From positions 1,120,136-1,184,135 of the forward strand of contig JBJBDC010000001.1 of NCBI GenBank assembly GCA_047285535.1: a stretch of 64,000 nucleotides of DNA. The letters run 5' to 3'. The number at the start of each line of letters is the position of its first letter. The stretch's first letter is position 1. The position numbers were made by a program, and so were the translations under genes. A model generated the notes under the pieces. The model had not been told where the DNA came from, made no database searches, and saw only the letters and a program-made list of their open reading frames with translations. This stretch comes from Synechococcus sp. Its GTDB lineage: Bacteria; Cyanobacteriota; Cyanobacteriia; PCC-6307; Cyanobiaceae. Shown here piece after piece: positions 39,893 through 48,914 of the stretch.

Positions 39893-40650
39893 AAGGAGAT
39901 TTCACTAGTGATTGTAGAGACAAATTGATTAGGAAAAATTGGCGAGAATGATTCTGGAACCATCTCTAAAAAAGAGTTGATCATTGCTCCATATAATTTC
40001 GGCTGCGAAAAATGTGAAAAATGGCGTCCTCTAGGCAAAGAATAAAAGCGGTCACCATTTTTCAAGTGAGGTTTCCACCTGGTGGCTGAGTTTTGATCAA
40101 TGACAAAATCATGGGAGCCATTGATGATCGACAAGGGTATATCTATTGAAGAAAGATTTTCCAGTGAAGAATGAGATGCAATGGATCCAGAAATATACTC
40201 AGAATCAAGACACGTTGCAAACAATTTCGGGAGCACTTGATTTGCATCCCCAAATTCTCTATCAAATAAGAGTGGAATAATATGAGATAAGATTGCCGCT
40301 CGTGAGCAAGGCAATTTTCGCCTCATCTCTAAATAATGACTTGACCATTGATTTGTAGAGATGGGATCAACAGAAATCAAGGTCAATGATTTGAATAAAT
40401 GTGGAAATTGTCCTGAAAACAATGCAGCGACAGTACCGCTAATACCATGAGCAATGACATGAGGTGATTGATCTAATTTTTCAAGTGTCTCTTTTAAAAG
40501 GCAAAAAATTGTAGATAAAGAGCAAGTTTCATCAGGGTCATGCTGAAAAGACCAGCGTCGTACGTGCCTTGACTGACTTAAAATACAAGACAGTTTTTGA
40601 TTAAAACAAAAAAGAGATGGCTGCAAATCAAGCCAAAGGATCGATGACAT
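39889..40650 (-). CDS. IsiC-like alpha/beta hydrolase
   Basis: ILWLDLQPSL..FNQKL, HDPDETCSL, HVIAHGISG and SLTLISVD resemble cyanobacterial iron-stress IsiC. Its stop overlaps the TrxR start. Confidence 0.7.
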   Translation of the reverse strand: MSSILWLDLQPSLFCFNQKLSCILSQSRHVRRWSFQHDPDETCSLSTIFCLLKETLEKLDQSPHVIAHGISGTVAALFSGQFPHLFKSLTLISVDPISTNQWSSHYLEMRRKLPCSRAAILSHIIPLLFDREFGDANQVLPKLFATCLDSEYISGSIASHSSLENLSSIDIPLSIINGSHDFVIDQNSATRWKPHLKNGDRFYSLPRGRHFSHFSQPKLYGAMINSFLEMVPESFSPIFPNQFVSTITSEISL

Positions 40651-40721
40651 GATAGAAATATGCTTCTATAATACTGCTACGGAAAAAGCAAACTCAAGAG
40701 CCAAGAAGCACAGGAGAGAGA

Positions 40722-40946
40722 TTAATATGTTACAGCGGGTCTGGACGTATGATCATAATTGATACTAGGAACAACTTGAATAATTCCTTCCTTAATTTTA
40801 AGTTCAAGAGAAGCGATCAGTCTATATTCGGCACTGTCGGCTTCGCCTTTTAAAAAGAGCAAGGCGTTCAACGAAGAGCTATGTATGACCATAGAGGTGA
40901 CTGCATCTAAATAGATCGAAACGATTGACGAGATCTCCATGACCAA
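40722..40946 (-). CDS. Possible small hypothetical protein
   Basis: 74 aa ORF co-oriented with and upstream of the isiC-like gene. No motif recognised. Confidence 0.3.
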   Translation of the reverse strand: MVMEISSIVSIYLDAVTSMVIHSSSLNALLFLKGEADSAEYRLIASLELKIKEGIIQVVPSINYDHTSRPAVTY

Positions 40947-41781
40947 GAAGTTAGTGTGATTAAATTACAATTAAAGGCAAAATACTAAAATAGTCCGTGA
41001 GCAATTGCCAGAGAAAGTGAAGTTACTCTTGAATACTTTCAGGGTAGATTGTATGTCTCTCATGATCTTGAACAGGACGTGTAATCCGTACTACTCTCAG
41101 GCTTTTCATAGCGTGAAAAGAAAACATTTTTTTCAAAATTCTAATTTCTGAGACATCAAGCAGATCTTCATAAGTCATAATTTAGCAAAGGCTACTCGAA
41201 GGAAGCAGGATCATATGATTTGGCAGGATACTCCTGATACTTTGTGAAAGCAAAATTGATTGTTGCCAAGATAATTCTTGAGAAGAAAACTAATCTAGGA
41301 AAAGGTTGGATCATCCAAAGCATTAAATGTGATTTACCAACAGTACATTTTTGCAACAGCATCTCATGATGCATGATAAAGCAACAATCACTACTCGCCC
41401 TAGAATCATCACAAGGAACGATAAAAAGGTTTGATCATTGAGCAGAGGCTAAACTCTCTACATTTGGATTATTACTTTTCATTCATAAGCAATGATCGCA
41501 ATTCGTGCAATTACGGGATGAACGAAATAATTCGCCTAGAAGCAGTCTCAAAAAAATCCGCAAAAACAATCACTAGAAAAAGTATTAGAAAAACAATATG
41601 CAGAATGAGCCAATATGGGACGAGATGACTAGTAATAGCCACCCTGAAAAGATAGCTTCATATCACAACAACTAAGTGCCTCGTTCTTCCATTAAAATCC
41701 TCATAGTATTGAGTGCTAAATCTATTATTGAAGGCTTAATCTACTTAGCAATACCACTTGAATCAAAACAGCAGGAGAATA

Positions 41782-41804
41782 TCATTAGCAATAATTCCTA
41801 ATGA
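41782..41804. promoter_or_regulatory. Imperfect palindrome, candidate Fur-type operator
   Basis: TCATTAGCAAT-A-ATTCCTAATGA (11-1-11, one mismatch) with an AAT-N-ATT core, inside a cluster of iron-related genes. Confidence 0.35.
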
Positions 41805-42038
41805 GTCTCTGTCAAAAGAACAATCGCCCCCCCAAACGATGGCTTCTATTGGATTATGCCTACAATACAGGTGTGCAAACCAAACGTTTGCAAATAATTC
41901 ATTGCTGAGACAAAAACAGTGCTAAAAGTGAAAGCTAAAAAACAAAAAACGCTTTGCTTGTCTAGCCCCAACAAGCATATGATTAATCATTAAGAGGAAT
42001 TTCGTTCAATTTGAAAGAATTTTATTTCACAAACTCTC

Positions 42039-42332
42039 CTACCAAAGCTCTTCTTCGCAATCTGTCTTAACTACCAGATTAGATGTTGCATAGGCAACGC
42101 ATAATAAAACATAATTATCATTTATTTGACCTTCATCTAAAAAACTCTGATCCGTTTGATCGAGTGTGCCTTCAATTAGCTTGCCAACGCATGAGCTACA
42201 AGCCCCAGCGCGACAAGAGTAGGACATATCAATACCAGCCTGCTCTGCTGCATCTAAAATATACTCATCATCGGGACAATCAAATGATGCCGTGCCTTGA
42301 GGTGTAATCAGCTGAACACTAAAAAATGTCAT
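42039..42332 (-). CDS. petF: Plant-type [2Fe-2S] ferredoxin (extra paralogue)
   Basis: Motifs YSCRAGACSSC, DQSFLD and LLCVAY. Confidence 0.92.
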   Translation of the reverse strand: MTFFSVQLITPQGTASFDCPDDEYILDAAEQAGIDMSYSCRAGACSSCVGKLIEGTLDQTDQSFLDEGQINDNYVLLCVAYATSNLVVKTDCEEELW

Positions 42333-42560
42333 TACAAAAATAGTGCGGATACAACTTTATTCCATCTAATCCATCATTCGAAACATTCAGCTATATGCAG
42401 CGTATCATTTAGCACTAGTGGTTAAACAATGGCGACAAGGAGGTGCGTAATTAGATGATTAACCTGAGTCCATGTGGCCATTCATTTCGATCATTACGAT
42501 AGAGCTTTTAATAACATTTTTCTTCTCGCTTATTACCACAACTGATAACTTAAATGAAAT

Positions 42561-42788
42561 ATGAATATCAACATGTCTAATGAACGGTTTTCTCGATTTC
42601 TTGGTAACGCCCATGGATGGAGATCCAAACGTCTAAGACTTGCATTAGCGCTTAGAGAGCAAGGTTGGACTTACAAAAAGATTGGCGATCATCTCAGCAC
42701 GACTCCGCGCTCAATCGGTAGAGATATTAAATGTTTTGTGATTAAATCGAGAGAAAAAACGACTGTTCAAGTTTCGATGACTGCATAG
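42561..42788 (+). CDS. Small helix-turn-helix protein
   Basis: LALREQGWTYKKIGDHLSTTPRSIGRDIK fits an HTH pattern; divergent from the ferredoxin gene. Confidence 0.6.
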   Translation: MNINMSNERFSRFLGNAHGWRSKRLRLALALREQGWTYKKIGDHLSTTPRSIGRDIKCFVIKSREKTTVQVSMTA

Positions 42789-43237
42789 GTTTTTAAAAAT
42801 CATAAGTGTCTTCAATCAGTCTATGTATTGTTTAGCTTGAAAATATGCAAATGCGAGTCGATCTCATTTCAACTTCTTGTGCCATATCCTCAATCACTTC
42901 TTTATTCGCCAGAAGTGATTCTTAAGGCCTATGCAAAGATTTTTTGCCTGGATTTTTGCATCCTATTTACACAAGGCCATCCCATTTTAAATGTCCTTGA
43001 AGTAAAATCAAATCGCCTTAATCCTCAAAAACATATAGAGGAACTTCGCTCTTAGAGAAAAATCTATGATCTTCGCAATCACCCATTTCAAATATTAGTT
43101 CCCAGTCATCATCCGCCAAATGAATTGCAAGGACATACAAATAAATGCGGATTTTAGAATAATTTTTTAAACCTCAAGCTATATATCTTTCATGGTGAGT
43201 TTTGCATAAAAGGCATTAAAAGCAACACAATCATAAT

Positions 43238-44356
43238 TTAAAGGAGTGCTTCGCGCCGGCATCCCATCAACCGCTCTGACCAGCTTTCAGCATAAGCGCG
43301 ATTAGCCTTTTGCTGATCACTATGGTCAGTATCAAGTGGATAGGGCATAGTGCCTGTAATCGCGCCATTTGTAACACAAAACATTGACTTCTGAAAACTT
43401 ATGCAGATTTGTACATGAACATCATTTAGTCCCCTTCCATGCGACTCATACCAATGACTAAGCTCCTCTGGAAGATTGCGATACATATCTTGCATGCACA
43501 AACTGGGTGGTATACCCGCTCCCATGCTGGGAATTGGATCTGCATACAGAGCGCCATACTTAAAATCACTGATATCAGCAGAAATTTGTCGAGCTTGGGC
43601 GTTATAGGAGACAGTTCCTAAAAAAGGCATTCCTCGAAAAAAGACTGCTTCGACATAAGGAACAGCAACATCAACGAGAAAAGTGAGTCCTGCTTCTGGT
43701 GGAAGAATCCATACATCTTCTTTCCCAACAGCGACTTTATAAGAGATTGGATTTCCCGCTGCGGCCACAAGGCCATCTCTGATGTGATGAACCGCATCAT
43801 TAACAGAAACAATTTCACCATTTCGATATCGTCGCGACAGATCAAGAAACAAATCACTCATCACACGCCAAAAAAGGCCGAGAGCATAGATGGTCGCCAT
43901 GGAACGGATTGCCTCAGGAGCAAATCCCGGATAAAGCGTATGAACCAAAGCCAACAATGGGTCTCGGCGGCTACGCAGCGAAATAAGTCTCTGACAGGTT
44001 TCCAGGAAAGGCTGGGAATCGAAATAAGCATCCATTCCACCTGTTCCGTGCCAAAACATCGCTTTTTGGCAATACTCGGCGTACTCGAAGTTAATACGAT
44101 TACCGCATAGGTGCTGCCATAGGCGCTGAAAACTGAAACCCTCGTGAAAAAAACGCATCACAGGGAATGGATTCAGAAGCTGAGTTTCACCTTGATTAAC
44201 CAAGTTACGACTATAAGCATCAAGAACAATCCCATAGCTATCCAAAACATTGACAATCTGTAGAAGATGATCTGGCGTGTCTTCCAGCAAGGGTTGATCA
44301 GACAGGAGACGACGAATCAACTCATCACGATCTGGCAGGGTTGGAACGGCAGTCAT
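43238..44356 (-). CDS. cupB: CO2 hydration protein CupB/ChpX
   Basis: Motifs RINFEYAEYC, FRGMPFLGTVSYNAQA, YGALYADP...GAGIPP and SFQKSMFCVT; 372 aa (CupB length). Confidence 0.93.
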   Translation of the reverse strand: MTAVPTLPDRDELIRRLLSDQPLLEDTPDHLLQIVNVLDSYGIVLDAYSRNLVNQGETQLLNPFPVMRFFHEGFSFQRLWQHLCGNRINFEYAEYCQKAMFWHGTGGMDAYFDSQPFLETCQRLISLRSRRDPLLALVHTLYPGFAPEAIRSMATIYALGLFWRVMSDLFLDLSRRYRNGEIVSVNDAVHHIRDGLVAAAGNPISYKVAVGKEDVWILPPEAGLTFLVDVAVPYVEAVFFRGMPFLGTVSYNAQARQISADISDFKYGALYADPIPSMGAGIPPSLCMQDMYRNLPEELSHWYESHGRGLNDVHVQICISFQKSMFCVTNGAITGTMPYPLDTDHSDQQKANRAYAESWSERLMGCRREALL

Positions 44357-45861
44357 GACAGACCTCCTATCGAGGGGAACAGGGCTAGTTCGCTTAAGCC
44401 TGTCGTTGCGGCCTGACTGATCCCAACCAAAAGATCAGGAGCTAGTCCAAGAAGAAGCACAAAGAAGGAAAGGGCAATAGCAGGAAGTTGCTCTTGAAGC
44501 GGTACGTTCGAAAGAATGGTTGGATTGGAGACGCTGCCTGCAGCAATGGCCAGTCGTCCAAAAAAGGCCCGATTCACAAGCAACAAGAAATAAACAGCTG
44601 TCAAACCTGAACCCACCATGCAAAGCAAAGTGGGAAGAGGAAACGGCCCCAAGCTGCCCCTAAATACGAGAAACTCAGAAATAAAACCAGCCATACCAGG
44701 GATTCCGGCACTGGCCATCACACCAATGATCATCAAGGTGCCGGTCAAAGGAAGTCCACGCTGGGGATTGAGCAATCCTCTAAGAACATTCAAATCTCTG
44801 GTACCGGTTCGTTCGTAAACAACCCCAACAGCAAGAAAGAGCACTGCTGAAATCAAACCATGACTCACCATTTGAAATAGGGCACCAATTAAACCCAACG
44901 GCGTTGCTGCAGCCGCAGCCAAAAGAACATATCCCATATGTCCTACGGAGCTGTAAGCCACCATCCGTTTCATATCCGACTGAGCAATGGCCGCCAAAGA
45001 GCCATAAAGCACAGAAATTGCAGCCCAAAGCGCCAGCCATGGTGCTGCCAACTCCCACGCCTCGGGAAAGAGCCCGAGACAGAAACGCAACAAGCCATAG
45101 GTGCCCAACTTGAGGAGAACCCCCGCCAAAAGGACTGAAACAGGAGTGGATGCTTCAGTGTGAGCATCAGGTAACCAAGTATGGAAAGGGAAGAGAGGGA
45201 TCTTGATCCCAAAACCTATGAGCAAAGCTCCCATCAACAACAACTGAGAAGTGAGACCCATCTCTCCAGACAAAATTGGATGGATGCCGAAGTCGACGCT
45301 TCCTGTTACGAGAGCGATACCAAGGAACGCGCCCAATATTAATATTCCAGACACAGCAGTCACAATGAGAAATTTTGTGGATGCATAAGCTCGATTGGAA
45401 CCTCCCCAAACAGCAATTAACAACCAAAGCGGGATCAGCTCTAGCTCATAAAAAAGGAAAAAGAGAAGCAAATTTTGAGACAAAAAAGCTCCATTAACTG
45501 CGCCACTAATAATCAACAACAAGGCGAAGTAAATTCGCGGTCGATTCTCTATGTTTCGAGATGCCAATGCTGCAACAAGACACAAAACAGCATTGATTAA
45601 TACCAACGGCAGAGAAATTCCATCTACTGCCAAAGAGTAATCAAGACCAACACTGGGCAGCCAGGGGAGATGTTCTTGAAGCTGCAAGCCAGGATTACTC
45701 GGTTCAAACCAGAACAGCACCATAAAACTTACAATGGTTTGAACCGAAAGGATGAGCAGAGTGAGACGCCTGAGTTGAGCCGAACCCGATCCTGCTGGCC
45801 ACAAGGATAAGAGAAGCGCACCTAGAAAGGGGATCAAAAGCAGGAAAGTAAGAATCATCAT
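44353..45861 (-). CDS. ndhD4: NDH-1 subunit D4 (CO2 uptake)
   Basis: Motifs FYELELIP, PFHTWLPDAH and LLKLGTYG; lies between ndhF4 and cupB. Confidence 0.92.
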   Translation of the reverse strand: MMILTFLLLIPFLGALLLSLWPAGSGSAQLRRLTLLILSVQTIVSFMVLFWFEPSNPGLQLQEHLPWLPSVGLDYSLAVDGISLPLVLINAVLCLVAALASRNIENRPRIYFALLLIISGAVNGAFLSQNLLLFFLFYELELIPLWLLIAVWGGSNRAYASTKFLIVTAVSGILILGAFLGIALVTGSVDFGIHPILSGEMGLTSQLLLMGALLIGFGIKIPLFPFHTWLPDAHTEASTPVSVLLAGVLLKLGTYGLLRFCLGLFPEAWELAAPWLALWAAISVLYGSLAAIAQSDMKRMVAYSSVGHMGYVLLAAAAATPLGLIGALFQMVSHGLISAVLFLAVGVVYERTGTRDLNVLRGLLNPQRGLPLTGTLMIIGVMASAGIPGMAGFISEFLVFRGSLGPFPLPTLLCMVGSGLTAVYFLLLVNRAFFGRLAIAAGSVSNPTILSNVPLQEQLPAIALSFFVLLLGLAPDLLVGISQAATTGLSELALFPSIGGLS

Positions 45862-45865
45862 TATT

Positions 45866-47695
45866 TCAATTAAGCCACCAACTCAGCGAAGACAAAAGCA
45901 ATACAATTGCAGCGACTACAGTCAATAAATAGCTTTGACTTTGGCCACTAATACTCAACTTAAGGCCTTCAGCGCTCTGAAGTGAGAATCGAGCAAGTGA
46001 ATGAAGAACTCCATCAACAACATTACGGTCGAAGATGTAGGCAAGTCGTGAAAACATGGCTATAACATTAACAATAGTCAAGCGATAAAATCGTTCTGTA
46101 TAGAAATCGTTTTCAAGAAGATCCTGGAACCAACGCAGCACCGGATTTAAAGATCGCGACCAAGCCTTATTCAGTGGAATCAAACCTCCAAACAGCAAAC
46201 CGAGCATTCCGCTGACGACGACAACACCAGCAGCCCAAAGAGGAAAAGCGAGCAAACCATCCAAGGACTCCAGGCGAATCAGCAAAAAAGGAGTCAGGAC
46301 AACGATCACCGCTAGAGCCACCATTGGGAATGCCATCTGCCAATTCACCTCGGCAGCTCGACGAGTTTTAGTAAGAGAAGGCCCTAGGAAAACCTGCCGA
46401 AAAACCCTGGTGAGATTCAACGCTGTCAGAGCATTCGTGAGAAGAAAGACAGGTACGAAGATCACAGAGCGAGCTCCGACCAGCTCTACAGCTTGCGCCA
46501 AACAGAGAAATCCACCCAGTGGCAGAAGACCAACAAGGCCGGCACTGCCCACAAGAAAAGAACCAGTTGTGGCTGGCATCCTCCCGCCAAGACCGCCAAG
46601 CTCAGTGATGTCCTGACAATTGGTAGAAGCGATCACACCGCCCACACTCATCGAAAGCAGTGCCTTCGAAACAGCATGAGCGAAAAGGAGTAGCAGAGCC
46701 AAAACAGGGACCTGCAAAGAAATAGCAATAAAGACGAGCCCCAAATAGGCAGTCGTTGAATAAGAAAGCGTGCGTTTGATGTCCACCTGGGCGATGGACA
46801 CCAACGAACCCCCAATCGCACTGATTGTTCCGATCACCTGAAGAACAATCAGCGTGACAGGTGCATGCTGAAGAAGGGGCATCACCTTGAGCAAAACAAT
46901 GGCGCCGCATGTAACAACAACTGAATTGCGAAGAATCGATGCGGGGTTCGGACCTTCCATGGCTTCATCCAGCCATAGGTGCATTGGAAATTGGGCACAT
47001 TTCCCCGTAGGACCAGCGATTAGCCCAAGGCCAAGCAGAGTTGCTGCAAGGGGGCTAAGGGTCTCAGAGGCTGACCATGCATAGAGGTCATCAAAGCTAA
47101 TAACCCCTGACCAAGTCGCTAAAGCCACCATCCCCATTAACAGCATGACATCACCAACACGCTTGGTGAGGAAGGCATCCCTCGCCGCTGTCACAACAAG
47201 GGGCTGGGCGTACCAAAAGCCCACGAGGAGGTAAGTCGAGAGCGTGAGCATTTCCAGCAAGAAATAGCTCTGAAACAAGGAGTCACTCAAAACAACTCCT
47301 GACATCGCTCCTTCGAAGAAGCCAAGCAATGCAAAGAAGCGTGCTAGTGCCCACTCCTTATCGAGGTACCCCAGCGAATACACCTGAGAAAACAAACTCA
47401 AACCAGTGATCAGCTCAAGAGCAGAAACATTGGTCAAAGAGAGGCTGAAGCTGATGTCGAGATTGAGGTCAGCAACGCTGAGCCATGGAAAAGTGAGAAC
47501 CGTTGGTCCACCTGCCATGACATCACGAAGGACAAGACTTCCATGAATGAAAGCCAACAGCGTGAACAGAATGTTGAGGTATGCCGCAGGACGATGTGCA
47601 TCCCTCCGGAAGAGCCCAAGGGCCCAAGGCAATGAGATCAACATTCCTGAGAACCCATAAAGAGGGATCAACCAGGCGGTTTGAAGAGGCAGCAT
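45866..47695 (-). CDS. ndhF4: NDH-1 subunit F4 (CO2 uptake)
   Basis: Motifs RPAAYLN, LLVGFWYAQPLV and KCAQFPMHLWLDEAMEGP. Confidence 0.92.
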   Translation of the reverse strand: MLPLQTAWLIPLYGFSGMLISLPWALGLFRRDAHRPAAYLNILFTLLAFIHGSLVLRDVMAGGPTVLTFPWLSVADLNLDISFSLSLTNVSALELITGLSLFSQVYSLGYLDKEWALARFFALLGFFEGAMSGVVLSDSLFQSYFLLEMLTLSTYLLVGFWYAQPLVVTAARDAFLTKRVGDVMLLMGMVALATWSGVISFDDLYAWSASETLSPLAATLLGLGLIAGPTGKCAQFPMHLWLDEAMEGPNPASILRNSVVVTCGAIVLLKVMPLLQHAPVTLIVLQVIGTISAIGGSLVSIAQVDIKRTLSYSTTAYLGLVFIAISLQVPVLALLLLFAHAVSKALLSMSVGGVIASTNCQDITELGGLGGRMPATTGSFLVGSAGLVGLLPLGGFLCLAQAVELVGARSVIFVPVFLLTNALTALNLTRVFRQVFLGPSLTKTRRAAEVNWQMAFPMVALAVIVVLTPFLLIRLESLDGLLAFPLWAAGVVVVSGMLGLLFGGLIPLNKAWSRSLNPVLRWFQDLLENDFYTERFYRLTIVNVIAMFSRLAYIFDRNVVDGVLHSLARFSLQSAEGLKLSISGQSQSYLLTVVAAIVLLLSSLSWWLN

Positions 47696-47789
47696 TGCAG
47701 CTGATGTCAAAAGAAACGGGGCGTTTGCGCCGTCGAAAATCATCTTTGGGCGGGAATCTAAACCGAGAAGGAGACCGATGCCGTGTCAA

Positions 47790-48329
47790 TCAAAGCCGGC
47801 GCGTCACATTCGTGACGGAGAGAGCTGGCTCAACCTCATCATGAGGACGAGCAATGATATGCGCTGCTACAAGACCATCTCCTACACGCTCACAGGCGTC
47901 GGCCCCAGCACGCACCGCAGCATTAACGGCTCCGGTTTCTCCACGAACCATGACAGTGACGTAACCACCACCGACGTATTCACGACTGATCAGTTGTACT
48001 TCGGCCGCTTTCGTCATCGCATCGGCGGCCTCAATCGCAGGGACCATTCCACGGGTTTCGATCATGCCAAGAGCAATTCCGAAAGCAGGTGTCGGAGTTG
48101 AGCTGCCGGAAGACTTGAGCGCAGAGCCACTTCCTCTCCCCCCGCCTGCAGTTGTGCTTCGAGACGTAGTACGAGAGGTAGTGCTCTTTTTGGCGGAAGT
48201 AGTGCTGGCAACAGACTTCACATTCACTGTGGCTTTAGCCGCTGCAGAAGATGAAGAGGCTGCATTGGCCTGAGAGCTCGATGCAGAAGAGTCGACACTG
48301 GAGCGGCGGCGGGGAGTAGGAGTAGCCAT
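47790..48329 (-). CDS. csoS1E: Carboxysome shell protein CsoS1E (BMC-H with Ser/Thr-rich N-extension)
   Basis: Low-complexity N-terminus followed by the BMC domain GIALGMIETRG...AAHIIARPH. Confidence 0.9.
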   Translation of the reverse strand: MATPTPRRRSSVDSSASSSQANAASSSSAAAKATVNVKSVASTTSAKKSTTSRTTSRSTTAGGGRGSGSALKSSGSSTPTPAFGIALGMIETRGMVPAIEAADAMTKAAEVQLISREYVGGGYVTVMVRGETGAVNAAVRAGADACERVGDGLVAAHIIARPHDEVEPALSVTNVTRRL

Positions 48330-48373
48330 TGGATTGAAGGGAAAGAGAAACGCAGAAGTCGAACGTGAATCAG

Positions 48374-48625
48374 TTATCCATCTGGCATCCAATGATCAAT
48401 GATTCCAGCGATGGTGAGATCAGTCAGAACTGTGTTATCAGGACAAGCATGTCGTGCAGCTGAACCACTTGCCGTGAAAACCCAGTTGCCTTGACGAGCT
48501 CCAACTGGATCAACCGCAACAAGTTTTTTGCCTTTGTTGTTTTTGAGAACGCGCAAGTGCATATGGTCGAGACCTGCCAAGCGGAAGGTACAAACCAATG
48601 GCCCCATGACCTGCATGATTTCCAT
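48374..48625 (-). CDS. csoS4B: Carboxysome vertex protein CsoS4B
   Basis: Motifs VAVDPVGA, SGSAAR and DLTIAGIIDHW. Confidence 0.93.
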   Translation of the reverse strand: MEIMQVMGPLVCTFRLAGLDHMHLRVLKNNKGKKLVAVDPVGARQGNWVFTASGSAARHACPDNTVLTDLTIAGIIDHWMPDG

Positions 48626-48912
48626 TAGCCCTTCAACTCCTTTGATGAAGACGAAGAAGGCTTTGGGGGATCAGGATCCCAATGATCAATGATGCCAACA
48701 ATTGTCAGATCACTTGGATAGGACTTACTGCCTGCAGCTTCCCGCGCAGCTGAGCTACTGACGCAGATAACCCAATCTCCAGGCTTAGCACCAACAGCAT
48801 CAACAGCTACTTTTTGGGTACTTCCATCCAACACAACCTGTAGATGCTTATGTTCGAAATCAGGGATGCGATTGGTTGAAACCAGAGGCTTTACGACCTT
48901 GACAATAAGCAT
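48625..48912 (-). CDS. csoS4A: Carboxysome vertex protein CsoS4A
   Basis: Motifs LVSTNRI, VAVDAVG, SSAAREAAG and DLTIVGIIDHW. Confidence 0.94.
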   Translation of the reverse strand: MLIVKVVKPLVSTNRIPDFEHKHLQVVLDGSTQKVAVDAVGAKPGDWVICVSSSAAREAAGSKSYPSDLTIVGIIDHWDPDPPKPSSSSSKELKG

Positions 48913-48914
48913 GA

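Noticed and set aside
41081..41094. GTA-N8-TAC NtcA-like site
   Set aside because: A 6-base-specified motif is expected many times by chance in 64 kb, and no clear target gene is correctly positioned.
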